Positions 48,619-58,470 of a stretch of DNA of 64,000 nt are shown here, in pieces. A program made the translations under genes and the position numbers. The notes under the pieces are model-generated. The model ran no database searches. It saw nothing but the letters and a program-made list of their open reading frames with translations, and was not told the origin of the DNA. Origin of the DNA: an uncultured virus (IMG/VR IMGVR_UViG_3300034520_000374) (lineage: Duplodnaviria; Heunggongvirae; Uroviricota; Caudoviricetes); IMG/VR virus record IMGVR_UViG_3300034520_000374; one strand, written 5' to 3'. Numbering within the stretch: the stretch's first letter is position 1; every line of letters starts with the position of its first letter.

Positions 48619-49479
48619 GTGATGAAAAAGGTGATAGCAGTTGTTTCTGTACTGCTGGCTTTGCTGTGGGGTTCAGCTGTCATATTTATAGATAGTATAT
48701 ACGATAGATTCTCACTGAACAGCGGGAGATTGGTCAGTGCCTATGATGCAGCTAGCTTAGAGAGAGTTGAAGCACAACCGGCTACTGGTTGCACAGGTGG
48801 AGGGCCAAAGAGCGAGAAGGAAATAGAGATGGCAGCTCAAGGTGAGGCGTACAGCATTAAACCTGTAGAGCAACCGCAGGAAGTTCATGAAGACGTTAGA
48901 TATAAAAGTGCTGGCATTGACCCAACTAGCATAGGACTTCCAGCAAGCCAGGAGAGCGAAGGAGAAAAATATAAGAAAGGTTTGAAAGGTTTATTAAGCA
49001 TGGTGCCAAGAACCGGCAACAACACATTCACTTTAGCATCTCGTGGTGGAGGAAGCCTTGGGTATGAAGGTAGGGCACCGCTATTGCGTATCACCAATGA
49101 AGATGAGAGTTACGTTGGCGATAGGGTGGAGCTTTCAGATGAGGATAGGGACTTTGTAGAAAGAGTAGTTATGGGAGAAGCTGGCGGCGAGGATTATGTA
49201 GGGAAGGCATTAGTAGCACAGGCAATACGAGACGCAATGGTAACAGACGGTTTAACAGCTAGGGAGGTCTGGGCAAATTTTAAGTACACACCTAGAATAG
49301 GTAGGGAGCCTAATGATGATGTCAAGAAAGCAGTAAGTTATATATTTAACGGTGGGTATGTTGTAAAGCATAGGGTATTGTATTTTTATGCACCAGCATT
49401 GGTAAGCAGTCCATGGCATGAGACTCAGGAATTTGTCATAGAGCATGGTGGACATAGGTTCTTTGACAGGAGAGATTGA
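48619..49479 (+). CDS. SleB/Hydrolase_2-family cell wall hydrolase
   Basis: N-terminal hydrophobic anchor; RVVMGEAGGEDYVGKALVAQAIRD...LYFYAP...GGHRFF. Confidence 0.8.
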   Translation: MMKKVIAVVSVLLALLWGSAVIFIDSIYDRFSLNSGRLVSAYDAASLERVEAQPATGCTGGGPKSEKEIEMAAQGEAYSIKPVEQPQEVHEDVRYKSAGIDPTSIGLPASQESEGEKYKKGLKGLLSMVPRTGNNTFTLASRGGGSLGYEGRAPLLRITNEDESYVGDRVELSDEDRDFVERVVMGEAGGEDYVGKALVAQAIRDAMVTDGLTAREVWANFKYTPRIGREPNDDVKKAVSYIFNGGYVVKHRVLYFYAPALVSSPWHETQEFVIEHGGHRFFDRRD

Positions 49480-49480
49480 T

Positions 49481-50062
49481 ATGAACGACTCGAGATTGCA
49501 GGTAGTCAAAAGTAAAGTGTTGATACCTAGATACTTTAGCGAAATAATAATTCCGGAGCTCAAGGACTATTACAGCGATTACCCTGCGGATTTTGATGCA
49601 AGACCAATGGTAAAATGCCCATTACACGTGGAGGATACTCCATCTTTTAGGTGGTACGAAGAAACTAACACATTTTTCTGTTTTGGGTGCCGAGCAGGCG
49701 GCGATGTTATACATCTTCATAGGAAATTTATGTTCAATATTAGAGGCAGTGAGCCAAGCTTTCCAGAAGCATTGAACTTCCTGTATGATTACTTCATAGC
49801 GGGTAAGGAGCAGGTCAACATAAATTTACAAGCTAGCCTAGACCGTAGGGGTGGGGAAGTAGAGAGCTCAAGTGTGGAGCAAGTTATGCTCGTAAATTAT
49901 ATAAAGAAGCTTGAGGAGCGGCTAAGGCATACCAATGCTCCAATAGAAAGGAAAGCCGATATATATGACTTAATAGATAATGTACAGGTACTTGTGGCAA
50001 GTAGAGTAGTGCATCCATCAGAGGCTTTAGATTATATAAAAGAGAAAGTAAAATTAATATAA
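49481..50062 (+). CDS. Stand-alone CHC2 (primase-type) zinc finger protein (ORF track start 49445)
   Basis: CPLHVEDTPSF...FFCFGCRAGGDVI...SFPEAL; no TOPRIM domain. Confidence 0.8.
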   Translation: MNDSRLQVVKSKVLIPRYFSEIIIPELKDYYSDYPADFDARPMVKCPLHVEDTPSFRWYEETNTFFCFGCRAGGDVIHLHRKFMFNIRGSEPSFPEALNFLYDYFIAGKEQVNINLQASLDRRGGEVESSSVEQVMLVNYIKKLEERLRHTNAPIERKADIYDLIDNVQVLVASRVVHPSEALDYIKEKVKLI

Positions 50063-50086
50063 ATTAATAATGGGAGGTTAATTATT

Positions 50087-50506
50087 ATGCCAGGTGAAAT
50101 TTATGGTTGGTGGGATGCACCAATGTCTGTTAGAAGTGCATACTACTTAATGGGTTTTTATGACACAATCAAGGGACTAAGACTTGAATCATGTGTAATA
50201 ACATTGCTAAAATCCGATATAGCTAAGGCGATAGAGGAGTTTACCCATTCACAAATAGACGAGGACGTATTAGCAAGAAGAGGATGGTACGTAATACCTT
50301 TAGGTCCTACATGCGGTGTCGTGGCGTGCAAGGTAAAATTTGTATCAAATTGCGGTTGCGATAAAAAATTGGAGTGCGGCATAAGAGGCATAATACAAGC
50401 CATAAAATTAGGGAATTACTACATCTCTCCACAGAGATTTAACGTTGATTTGCTTATAAGGCATAATGCGATAATCAGGGGAGACAAATACATCAGAACC
50501 AGGTAG
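50087..50506 (+). CDS. Hypothetical protein
   Basis: ggagg RBS. Confidence 0.55.
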   Translation: MPGEIYGWWDAPMSVRSAYYLMGFYDTIKGLRLESCVITLLKSDIAKAIEEFTHSQIDEDVLARRGWYVIPLGPTCGVVACKVKFVSNCGCDKKLECGIRGIIQAIKLGNYYISPQRFNVDLLIRHNAIIRGDKYIRTR

Positions 50507-50522
50507 ACAGGAGTGAGAGTTT

Positions 50523-51452
50523 ATGGCAGTGAGACCACCTTTGAGATATCCAGGAGGAAAGTGGAAAGCATTAGATTTAATTTTACCACTCATACCAGAC
50601 AACATAGAGGATTGGAGAGAGCCTTTCTTTGGTGGAGGCAGTGTTACATTAGGTTACATCCAGAGCAATAAATTCACGGCTAAGAGACTTGTAGTGGGAG
50701 ACATTAGTCCAGAAGTTTGGGCATTTTGGCAAGGAACGAAACTTTATCCAGATGAAGTAGTGCGAGCAGTAAAAACTTGGTTTAATGAGAAAGCACCTCA
50801 TCAGCTCAAATTAAGCGAGATGTTGCCTTTTGACGACAATTATAAAGAAGTGGAGCAGCAAGCGATTGAGGAAGCAAAAGCGTTGTGGACCTGGCTAACT
50901 ACTGTGGACACCTCCAGCATGAATCTTGCCGAACGTGCCGCTAGACTGTTCCTTGTCAACAGGATATCATTTTCAGGAATGGGGGACAGTGGTTCACTAT
51001 CGAAGGACCAATTCATTGAATTCAAACTCACGGATGCGGATAGAATACTCGAAGTTGCCCCACTATTACAGAATGTCGAAATACTTCATGCATCATTTGA
51101 GGTTACAATGGCCGATGTAGACCCGGAAAAATCTTTCGTATTTCTTGACCCACCTTACATCACACAGGAAAAGAGCGGTTTATATGGCAGGAACGGCGAC
51201 ACACATATAGGTTTTCCACACGAAAAGTTAGCCAAGTTATGTAGGGAGTTACCGTGTAAGTGGTTAATGACACTTGACGACAGTCTAAAGGCTCGTAGGT
51301 TATATAAAGGCTTCTACATTAAGCCATTTAAGCTAACTTACACTTTAGCCGGCAAAACGGCTGAGGACGCATTAGCAGGTGAGGAAATCTTTATAGCTAA
51401 CTATGGGATTGTGGAAGAGGACGGTTACGATATCTTAAATAGCATTTTGTAA
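50523..51452 (+). CDS. Dam/D12-class N6-adenine DNA methyltransferase (orphan)
   Basis: PLRYPGGK, EPFFGGGSV, FVFLDPPY; no adjacent restriction enzyme recognised. Confidence 0.9.
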   Translation: MAVRPPLRYPGGKWKALDLILPLIPDNIEDWREPFFGGGSVTLGYIQSNKFTAKRLVVGDISPEVWAFWQGTKLYPDEVVRAVKTWFNEKAPHQLKLSEMLPFDDNYKEVEQQAIEEAKALWTWLTTVDTSSMNLAERAARLFLVNRISFSGMGDSGSLSKDQFIEFKLTDADRILEVAPLLQNVEILHASFEVTMADVDPEKSFVFLDPPYITQEKSGLYGRNGDTHIGFPHEKLAKLCRELPCKWLMTLDDSLKARRLYKGFYIKPFKLTYTLAGKTAEDALAGEEIFIANYGIVEEDGYDILNSIL

Positions 51453-51465
51453 AGGAGGTATTACG

Positions 51466-53235
51466 ATGAAGCTTATTGGGAGCATCGTGAATGAGCGGAT
51501 GGCTCTAGTGGGTTTCATGGTTGAGGCGAGTGAAGGTGCGTTGGGCGGTATCAGGACAGACAGGGCAGTAAAGATACCCATGTCTACGCAGCAGATTATC
51601 AAGATGAACCTAAACAATAGTCAGGTGTATGTAAAGGATGGCAAGATAATTGAGAAGGACGGATTTAAGATAAATGAATTGCCCATGTATATGCATACGA
51701 ATGACGGAAATATTATTGAGGTAAGCAACGAGATAGCGTTGTTATCTCGTGTGGTGCATGAGAACAAGCTAGTGGGGTTCAGGGTGGCACTAGCTGATCG
51801 TGAAGCATACTTCAGGTATGAGGACGTAATCAAGCTTTCCAGGTGGTTCAAGCCTTTTAATTTCATTGTCAGGTACACTGATAATGGAGCGTATATAGCT
51901 GGTAAGCCTGGCGTATTAAGGCTTGAGGACCTGCCTAAGGAAGAGTTGGTGAAGAACCAGAAAAAAGAAGGCAAGAAGGCCAAAGGTAGCGTAGTAACAA
52001 CTGTTAAAAAGCGTGAGGTCAGTGATATTCAACCTGTAGAGGACCTTGTTGGTCTTTATAAATTAATCAAGTCACATGAGGGAATAGTTGTCAGACTTCC
52101 GAATGAGGAATATAAAGCAATAAAGAAGGCGGACCGCAAGGTCGGGGAAGAGTTTATTGAGCTTAAAGTAGGCGAAATCGGCGAGCCAAAAATCGACTTT
52201 GGCGAAAAGAATCTTAATGCGAACACACTGTTCAAGAAGGTTGGCACGGTAGTTGTTCCTCTACCTAATGGTGGGACTTTCCCTGTATACAGCTATGTAT
52301 GGTCTCGCAAGAGCATCTTCGTAAACGGGGAAAACCACATGAAGCACTTTGCAGTAGGCGTCAATGCAAGTGGTGCTGAGCAAGTACGTAAAGAGCTAGG
52401 CAATAATTTAGTCGTCAAGGAAATCGCCGATGAGCATGTGCTTAAACCTATACGCCAGCTGGTAGGGGACCCAACATTGGTGCTATTCGAGGTGGACACT
52501 TCGAAGCTTTCGATTATAAACAAGGATAAGGCTGCCAAGTACTTGCTGAAGAATAGTGACATATACAACTTGACGCTGACGCTAAACCGTATGAAAGTTT
52601 ACAGGAAGTTCTTAAAAGGACTGCTTTCGGATATAGAAAAGCAGGCCAAGGAAAAAGGTATAGACCTTTTTGAAGGGCGGAAGCTTTTTGGGCTGTTCGA
52701 AGGTTTATCCGAGCAATATCTAAATGCTATTAAAGAGGCTGGCATCGACATCTACACTGGAGCTTACAAGAAAACTGTAAAGACTGAAGAAAAGGGCGAA
52801 TCTGACGAGGAGAACGAAGATGGCGTCAAGCTGATTGAGATTGAGTACGCAATCAGTGGGATGAGCTCACTGCAGAAAATTTCTTATAACAACCTTGTTA
52901 AGGCATTGGTCAGTGGTGAGGACATTAAGGAACTCGGAGATATCATGGATTTAATTAAGAAAACATACGCAGCTGTAAGAGGCAGCAACGACTTAAAAGG
53001 AACCTATCAACATCTTGAAGGCTACTTGGATAAAGTTGAGGACGGTATATTGAATACCAAGAAAAAGTTGTATGTGCATAAGCTAGCCATGTATTACAAT
53101 TACGGTACCATACATGCTCATGACAGGGAATACTGGGAAGAACAGAAGGTCACCAAGGCGGGTAATGTAGTATACGCTTGCAAAGAGCCCGGATGCGATA
53201 GCTTATACGTGAAGGTATCGGGAATCAAAATGTAA
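51466..53235 (+). CDS. Hypothetical protein with N-terminal repeated domain like 29999..30436
   Basis: ALVGFMV...GFKINELP and KLVGFRV...YIAGKPGVLRLEDLP repeats. Confidence 0.65.
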   Translation: MKLIGSIVNERMALVGFMVEASEGALGGIRTDRAVKIPMSTQQIIKMNLNNSQVYVKDGKIIEKDGFKINELPMYMHTNDGNIIEVSNEIALLSRVVHENKLVGFRVALADREAYFRYEDVIKLSRWFKPFNFIVRYTDNGAYIAGKPGVLRLEDLPKEELVKNQKKEGKKAKGSVVTTVKKREVSDIQPVEDLVGLYKLIKSHEGIVVRLPNEEYKAIKKADRKVGEEFIELKVGEIGEPKIDFGEKNLNANTLFKKVGTVVVPLPNGGTFPVYSYVWSRKSIFVNGENHMKHFAVGVNASGAEQVRKELGNNLVVKEIADEHVLKPIRQLVGDPTLVLFEVDTSKLSIINKDKAAKYLLKNSDIYNLTLTLNRMKVYRKFLKGLLSDIEKQAKEKGIDLFEGRKLFGLFEGLSEQYLNAIKEAGIDIYTGAYKKTVKTEEKGESDEENEDGVKLIEIEYAISGMSSLQKISYNNLVKALVSGEDIKELGDIMDLIKKTYAAVRGSNDLKGTYQHLEGYLDKVEDGILNTKKKLYVHKLAMYYNYGTIHAHDREYWEEQKVTKAGNVVYACKEPGCDSLYVKVSGIKM

Positions 53236-53248
53236 GGAGAACGAAGAC

Positions 53249-53911
53249 ATGGTGAGTTGGAGCGAGATACTAAAAGACGAAAGCGAACAAGCATATTATA
53301 AGAGTCTGTTAGCGTTTTTAGAGCGTGAGTACTCAGAGAAGCTTGTAGTCCCACGTAAAGAAGACATATTTAAGGCTTTACAGCTTACACCACTCGACAG
53401 CGTAAAATGCGTCATACTTGGTCAAGACCCATATCCAAATCCCGAACATGCTTGTGGTCTCGCTTTTTCTGTTCCTCCTGTAGCTTCTATTCCTCAGTCT
53501 TTGAGGAACATTTTCAAGGAGCTCCAGGACAATTTAGGTGTGTCAGAGCCGACCAGTGGCGACCTCACAAAATGGGCTTTACAAGGGGTATTGCTTCTCA
53601 ACACGGTATTAACCAATGTGGCAGGTATGACACAAGCCCATGCAGGCATCGGGTGGGAATTCCTAACCAACAGGCTCATTAAAGAGGTCGCCAACACTGG
53701 TAAGCCTGTAGCTTTTATATTATGGGGCAAGTACGCTCAAAGTAAGAAGGCATACATCAGAGGAAAGAACTGCTTCATAATCGAAAGTGCACATCCAAGT
53801 CCACTATCAGCCTACAGAGGCTTTTTCGGTAGTAAGCCATTTTCAAGAGTTAATGAGTTCCTTATCAAAAACGGCACAGAGCCGATAGACTGGAATCTAA
53901 AGGAGGTGTAG
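53249..53911 (+). CDS. ung: Uracil-DNA glycosylase, family 1
   Basis: VILGQDPY, GLAFSV, SLRNIFKEL, GVLLLNTVLT, HPSPLS. Confidence 0.95.
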   Translation: MVSWSEILKDESEQAYYKSLLAFLEREYSEKLVVPRKEDIFKALQLTPLDSVKCVILGQDPYPNPEHACGLAFSVPPVASIPQSLRNIFKELQDNLGVSEPTSGDLTKWALQGVLLLNTVLTNVAGMTQAHAGIGWEFLTNRLIKEVANTGKPVAFILWGKYAQSKKAYIRGKNCFIIESAHPSPLSAYRGFFGSKPFSRVNEFLIKNGTEPIDWNLKEV

Positions 53912-53913
53912 TC

Positions 53914-54135
53914 ATGAGTAGGGCACCTTTGGATTTGATGCCTGGGGACGTTATAGCTATAAAGGCTAAAGGCATTATGGTTAGGGGTACAGTACTTTCA
54001 GCTTATTACTATGGACCTGAGGACGGTTGGTATATCGAGCTTATAAATGCCAATGTGCCAGGCGGATATAGCTACTGGAAACAAGGTTTAGACGGCGGGA
54101 AAATCGTGGAGGTAAACGGCAGGCATATCGGATAA
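53914..54135 (+). CDS. Small hypothetical beta-rich protein
   Basis: aggagg RBS; SH3-like strand pattern. Confidence 0.55.
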   Translation: MSRAPLDLMPGDVIAIKAKGIMVRGTVLSAYYYGPEDGWYIELINANVPGGYSYWKQGLDGGKIVEVNGRHIG

Positions 54136-54149
54136 CACAATAAAGCATA

Positions 54150-54184
54150 AAAAGTAAACCCAGCCTAGAGCTGGGTTTACTTTT
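54150..54184 (+). terminator. Intrinsic terminator
   Basis: aaaagtaaacccagc / gctgggtttactttt. Confidence 0.8.
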
Positions 54185-54228
54185 CCTGAATGAAAAACAT
54201 GTGAGTATTAAGGTTTGGAGGTGGTAAT

Positions 54229-54579
54229 ATGCGTGAGGTAATCGAAGGCAATTTATACAGGCATTTTAAGGGTAACTGGTACAAGGTGCTGGCAGTGGCG
54301 GAACATACTGAGACCGGAGAGAAGCTTGTAATATACAGTCCTGTCAAAGATATGAAAAAGGTATATGCCAGACCTTACAGCATGTTCGTTGAGAGTATAT
54401 CAACATCAGCACCTAATAATACAGCAGGACAAAAATATAGGTTCGTAGCACTTTCCGAGATAAGCGACGATTTATACGGTGGAACGGAAAATTATATACA
54501 GTCGGATAAATGCAAGTCAGTGTTTTCTGAAGGTGTCGCCGCATTAGCATGTTTCAAGAGCTCATGGAATTGGAGGTAG
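54229..54579 (+). CDS. DUF1653-family protein
   Basis: GNLYRHFKGNWYKVLAVAEHTETGEKLVIY...YARPYSMF...YRF. Confidence 0.85.
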   Translation: MREVIEGNLYRHFKGNWYKVLAVAEHTETGEKLVIYSPVKDMKKVYARPYSMFVESISTSAPNNTAGQKYRFVALSEISDDLYGGTENYIQSDKCKSVFSEGVAALACFKSSWNWR

Positions 54580-54611
54580 CAGTTGTGGCTTAAGCACGAC
54601 TGCGAGCAGCT

Positions 54612-55805
54612 ATGAAGTACAGGTTCAGTGATACGTTTAACGAGGAAATGTATAACAAAACATGTGTATTGTTTGTCACCGGGCAGTATAAAGTATTCAA
54701 CAATTTTGTAATTGATAAGGTTAAGGACATATGTCGTGGCTCACTATCGGATATTTTAGCAGGCAGTGAAGCGGTAGAGGAGAGCTTTGGTGAGTTCAAA
54801 CACATGTCTCGCAGTGGCGACGATATAATAAGCAAGGTTGATTTCCTAACATTCATTGATGTCGTGAACACTCCTGCTGTGCTCGGTAAGTGGTTCTGCT
54901 ACGCAGACTACAGCTTAATGACGAAGAAAGAGAAGAATATACTAGAGAGGTATATAAAGAAGCCTAGTGAAAACGGAGTGTTGGTAATTGAGAGCACGGA
55001 ATACAAGGACTACAAGCCTTTACTTGGAAGTAAGGTCATTAAGGGTAGCGAAAAGGTGCATTTAATACAGCTGTCATTTCCACACAGGGGAACATTAGTA
55101 CATTTTGTTGAGAACATGTTCAAGTCAAAAGGCGTTGATGTAACAAGACAGGCCGTAGAGCTATTTATAATGAGGCTTGGCACAGCATACGACGAGTACA
55201 CGACGATTATTGATTTAATAGCATCCAATTATAAAAATGTGAGCATGACATACAGAGAAATGGTGGCAGCTCTTAAAGGCGTTGAGGAGTACAATATAGA
55301 CGATTTCATAGTTCAGCTCACATGTCCAATAAGGACACGAGCAATAAGAAAAAGAAAGATATACCGCATGCTTGGAGCACTACTAGAGGACATGACTCCC
55401 AGAGAGTTGGCATACAAGCTTAAGTCAAAGCTGGATGACCTAATAGAGATGAGGTTAGCCATAAATAATGGGTATGTGCCAATAAATGTTGTTTTCTCTG
55501 TGCCGGAGGCAAAGGACAGGCTGCCTGAGAATAGCAGGTTGAGAAACCTTAACGACTACACCTTCAGGAGATATGCTGAGGTCGCCAGTAGGACATCGCT
55601 AAAGGACTGGCTATTTATGAAAATGATGCTGGACGGTGCTGGGAGAACATGGGACAATATAAAGTATGAGCGTTTATTGTATTCTTTAATTCACCGTGGT
55701 CAGGTAACCACTGAAGCGTTGTTGAGCGATATGGGGTTTTTGGACCCCTTTGAGGCGGAGCTTGAGAGTATTAATAAAGTAAAAAGAATTTGGGAGGTGA
55801 ACTAG
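54612..55805 (+). CDS. DNA polymerase III delta (HolA)-like clamp-loader subunit, divergent
   Basis: VLFVTGQYKVF, LERYIKKPSENGVLVI, FKSKGVDVTRQAVELFIMRLG, EEYNIDDFI follow the HolA pattern. Confidence 0.6.
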   Translation: MKYRFSDTFNEEMYNKTCVLFVTGQYKVFNNFVIDKVKDICRGSLSDILAGSEAVEESFGEFKHMSRSGDDIISKVDFLTFIDVVNTPAVLGKWFCYADYSLMTKKEKNILERYIKKPSENGVLVIESTEYKDYKPLLGSKVIKGSEKVHLIQLSFPHRGTLVHFVENMFKSKGVDVTRQAVELFIMRLGTAYDEYTTIIDLIASNYKNVSMTYREMVAALKGVEEYNIDDFIVQLTCPIRTRAIRKRKIYRMLGALLEDMTPRELAYKLKSKLDDLIEMRLAINNGYVPINVVFSVPEAKDRLPENSRLRNLNDYTFRRYAEVASRTSLKDWLFMKMMLDGAGRTWDNIKYERLLYSLIHRGQVTTEALLSDMGFLDPFEAELESINKVKRIWEVN

Positions 55806-56072
55806 ATGGCAAGCAAGGAGTACATTACGGCTGTTTCTATATTCGATGGTCTCATACAGTTAATTGAACCTGATGGAACCATAGGGTATTATAGGCAACG
55901 TGGCATAGATAAGCTAACGCCTGAGCAATTTGAGAGATGCATTAGAGCTGGGGTTTTGCGTCCGGACATAATGCAGTTTCCAGAGCTTCCAAAGAATTAC
56001 GTTATAGAGTTCGAAGAACCACAAATCATGGGTAAAGCACGTGCGAATTTTAGGATGCCGAAAGGAATTTAG
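55806..56072 (+). CDS. Hypothetical protein
   Basis: ggaggtg RBS, coupled to previous gene. Confidence 0.6.
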   Translation: MASKEYITAVSIFDGLIQLIEPDGTIGYYRQRGIDKLTPEQFERCIRAGVLRPDIMQFPELPKNYVIEFEEPQIMGKARANFRMPKGI

Positions 56073-56085
56073 GAGGTAGCATGAT

Positions 56086-56880
56086 ATGATTACAAACTTA
56101 ATGCTTACAGGTAGGTATGCAATAGATATTGATAAGAATGGCAGTTTTAAGGTTGGAGAACACAAGCTGAATATTAAAAAGATACCATTTGTGCGTTACA
56201 GGCTGGACAGTTATGATGAGCGTGAAATTGAATATATAAAGCAGATGAAGAAGCAGTTCTGTTATTCCGTGCATCTCGTGGAATTTACTTTGGGCAACAA
56301 TACAGCTGATGAAGTAGTACATGTCAGAAAAGGCGTAGGAAAACTTCCAAGGTTCTTGTTAATTCCTGTAACAGACGACAAGCTTGGTGGGTTAACCGAA
56401 GAAGATTTGCAGAACCTACAGAAGTGTGCCGAAGCGGAGTTAGAGTTTAATAGGGTGCTACTGCTGGATAAAAGCACGTCTATGACGTTAGTGGAGGCTA
56501 ACAGGTTAATTGCACAGGTATCCAGTGTTTTATTTGTTGAAGGCGGTATAGGAATTTGTGGGTCACCATTGTCAATGTATCCTGAGAATAGTTGTTTATC
56601 TGCGGTAAAGGCTCGTGAGCTTGCAATGGATTATTACGACGGATTTGGTGAATGGCCTCTACCGACAGCAAACCATCAAGTCATGGATGGATGTGCCTGC
56701 ATCAGGCATTTAGTTATTGACCACCATATAAAAAGTATTGATAACGATAGCTTGTCCGTAAATAGTAAGAAAAGTAGTGAATCTACGTCTAAGCAACAGG
56801 GGTCCAAAGTAGTTTTGAGTTTTTCAACATTCTTAAAAAATAAAGGCTACAGTGATGATGGGCATGGAGCGAACAGCTAA
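56086..56880 (+). CDS. Hypothetical protein
   Basis: aggagg RBS; long ORF. Confidence 0.65.
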   Translation: MITNLMLTGRYAIDIDKNGSFKVGEHKLNIKKIPFVRYRLDSYDEREIEYIKQMKKQFCYSVHLVEFTLGNNTADEVVHVRKGVGKLPRFLLIPVTDDKLGGLTEEDLQNLQKCAEAELEFNRVLLLDKSTSMTLVEANRLIAQVSSVLFVEGGIGICGSPLSMYPENSCLSAVKARELAMDYYDGFGEWPLPTANHQVMDGCACIRHLVIDHHIKSIDNDSLSVNSKKSSESTSKQQGSKVVLSFSTFLKNKGYSDDGHGANS

Positions 56881-56907
56881 AATATGAAAAGAGCTGTTCG
56901 CTCTTTT
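56867..56907 (+). terminator. Terminator with two alternative stems
   Basis: gagcgaacagct / agctgttcgctc or aaaagagc / gctctttt. Confidence 0.6.
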
Positions 56908-57038
56908 GCATTTTTTACATAAGCGTTAAGCAAATCTTGAACGGCGTATAACTTTTCTGTAAAAGATTGGAATGTAAATTTTTGGCAGGTGGGGTGAAAT
57001 TTTTTTAGGTTTTGTAGAAGAAAAAATGAAAAAAAGTG

Positions 57039-57068
57039 TTGACAGGGTAGGAGGGGTTGTGGTAGTAT
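57039..57068 (+). promoter_or_regulatory. Sigma-A-type promoter upstream of the sigma-like genes
   Basis: TTGACA, 18-nt spacer, TGnTAGTAT extended -10; A-tract UP-like element upstream. Confidence 0.6.
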
Positions 57069-57112
57069 ATAGTTGTAAGGGGAAAATTTTAGAAATTAAG
57101 GGGGTTGTTCTG

Positions 57113-57742
57113 ATGTCGTTCAGTAAAAAAGTGAATATCTTTGAGGTTCATCGTGGTGATGTTGAGGTATCCCGTTATATCGAGGAGAATTACCTCGATA
57201 TAGTAAGGAGAGCCGAATCTATCGGGTATAATAGCGATATAGTGAATGATGTCTATATCGCTATTAAGGAGAGGGAAGCCAATGGTATCGGGTATGACCC
57301 GAACAAAGGACTCAGCATCGAAGAGTATTTCTGGGGAATGGTGAAAAAGTTCTCCAGAAATAAGAGGTATGCCCACGATGGAGCGATTCCTCTCGGTGAT
57401 TTCGAAGTGTCGGAAGATGATTCTGATACCGAGAAAGGTGAGAAAATCGCAGTTATAGTGGCGATGGCCTCCTACGATGACCTCGATGCCGTAATTATTA
57501 ATGAGGACTTAAGGAGAGATATTAAATATCTCGTCAGCATTGAGGTTGATGGCGGTATCTCAATGAGGAAACTCCTAAGAAATTTATTGGATATTGCTGA
57601 AATGGAGGATATACCTGAACTTCTGTTCAAGAAGTTCAGGAAGCTAGATGAGAAAGCCCGGGACGCTCTTAAGAGTGTCATCAGATGGGCCCTCGGTCAT
57701 CCCGATGAATATAAGGAATTGCTTGCAGCTATGGGGGTATAA
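57113..57742 (+). CDS. Divergent sigma-70 region-2-like protein (ORF track start 57026)
   Basis: DIVNDVYIAI...YDPNKGLSIEEYFWGMVKKF resembles sigma region 2.2-2.4. Confidence 0.45.
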   Translation: MSFSKKVNIFEVHRGDVEVSRYIEENYLDIVRRAESIGYNSDIVNDVYIAIKEREANGIGYDPNKGLSIEEYFWGMVKKFSRNKRYAHDGAIPLGDFEVSEDDSDTEKGEKIAVIVAMASYDDLDAVIINEDLRRDIKYLVSIEVDGGISMRKLLRNLLDIAEMEDIPELLFKKFRKLDEKARDALKSVIRWALGHPDEYKELLAAMGV

Positions 57743-57746
57743 ACCT

Positions 57747-58454
57747 ATGGCGATGAATGAGGTAAGTAGAATATTATATTCTCCTCCTATTGAGGAGGAG
57801 AGTTCCTCGCATAGCTGGAATAAGTTGACCGTGAGCTTCGCCCTTGATTCAAGGGCGAAGCTCATGGCAATTATAAACAAAAAGATAAAGGAGTATGGGC
57901 TGTTGGGTAGGGTAGACCCGGCAGAAGTATATCAGGAGTTTCTCATATATATGCTTGGGGCTGATGACTATGACTTCTCAAGAAGTAGAGGAACTATAGG
58001 TGATTATGTTATATTCTGCTTAAAGAGCATTATAAAGAGGTTCGTATCGGACTTTTATAAATACGATAGCATGTTGGTGTATAACACGATTTACGAAGAT
58101 GATGAGCTGTCAGTACTTGATTTGGTACCGGACTGCAGGGAAATGCCCGAGTGCATAAGCGTAGGTGATGCGCTGAAGTACGGAGAATGTTTGAGGTATA
58201 AATACGGGATAGATATACCTTTGCTGGTGTTATTGAGGTTTATATGTGATAACGATGAGAAATACAGGCGGTATGTGGAACTACTGCTTGGAATGAAAGA
58301 TTTAGCACAACTGGAGAGGAAGTTAAGGCACGACGAGCATTTCATAGCATTTATAAATATATTGAGCAATGCCGATAAGGTAGAAGTAATAGCAGCACTA
58401 AAGAAAATAGTTTACGGTGCGGAAAGTATAGAGAGGGCGTTAATGGATGAGTAA
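57747..58454 (+). CDS. Second divergent sigma-70-like protein (ORF track start 57648)
   Basis: EVYQEFLIYML...YDFSRSRGTIGDYVIFCLKSIIKRF; EDDELSVLDLVPD like sigma region 3.2. Confidence 0.5.
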   Translation: MAMNEVSRILYSPPIEEESSSHSWNKLTVSFALDSRAKLMAIINKKIKEYGLLGRVDPAEVYQEFLIYMLGADDYDFSRSRGTIGDYVIFCLKSIIKRFVSDFYKYDSMLVYNTIYEDDELSVLDLVPDCREMPECISVGDALKYGECLRYKYGIDIPLLVLLRFICDNDEKYRRYVELLLGMKDLAQLERKLRHDEHFIAFINILSNADKVEVIAALKKIVYGAESIERALMDE

Positions 58455-58470
58455 AACCGAAGAAATAATA

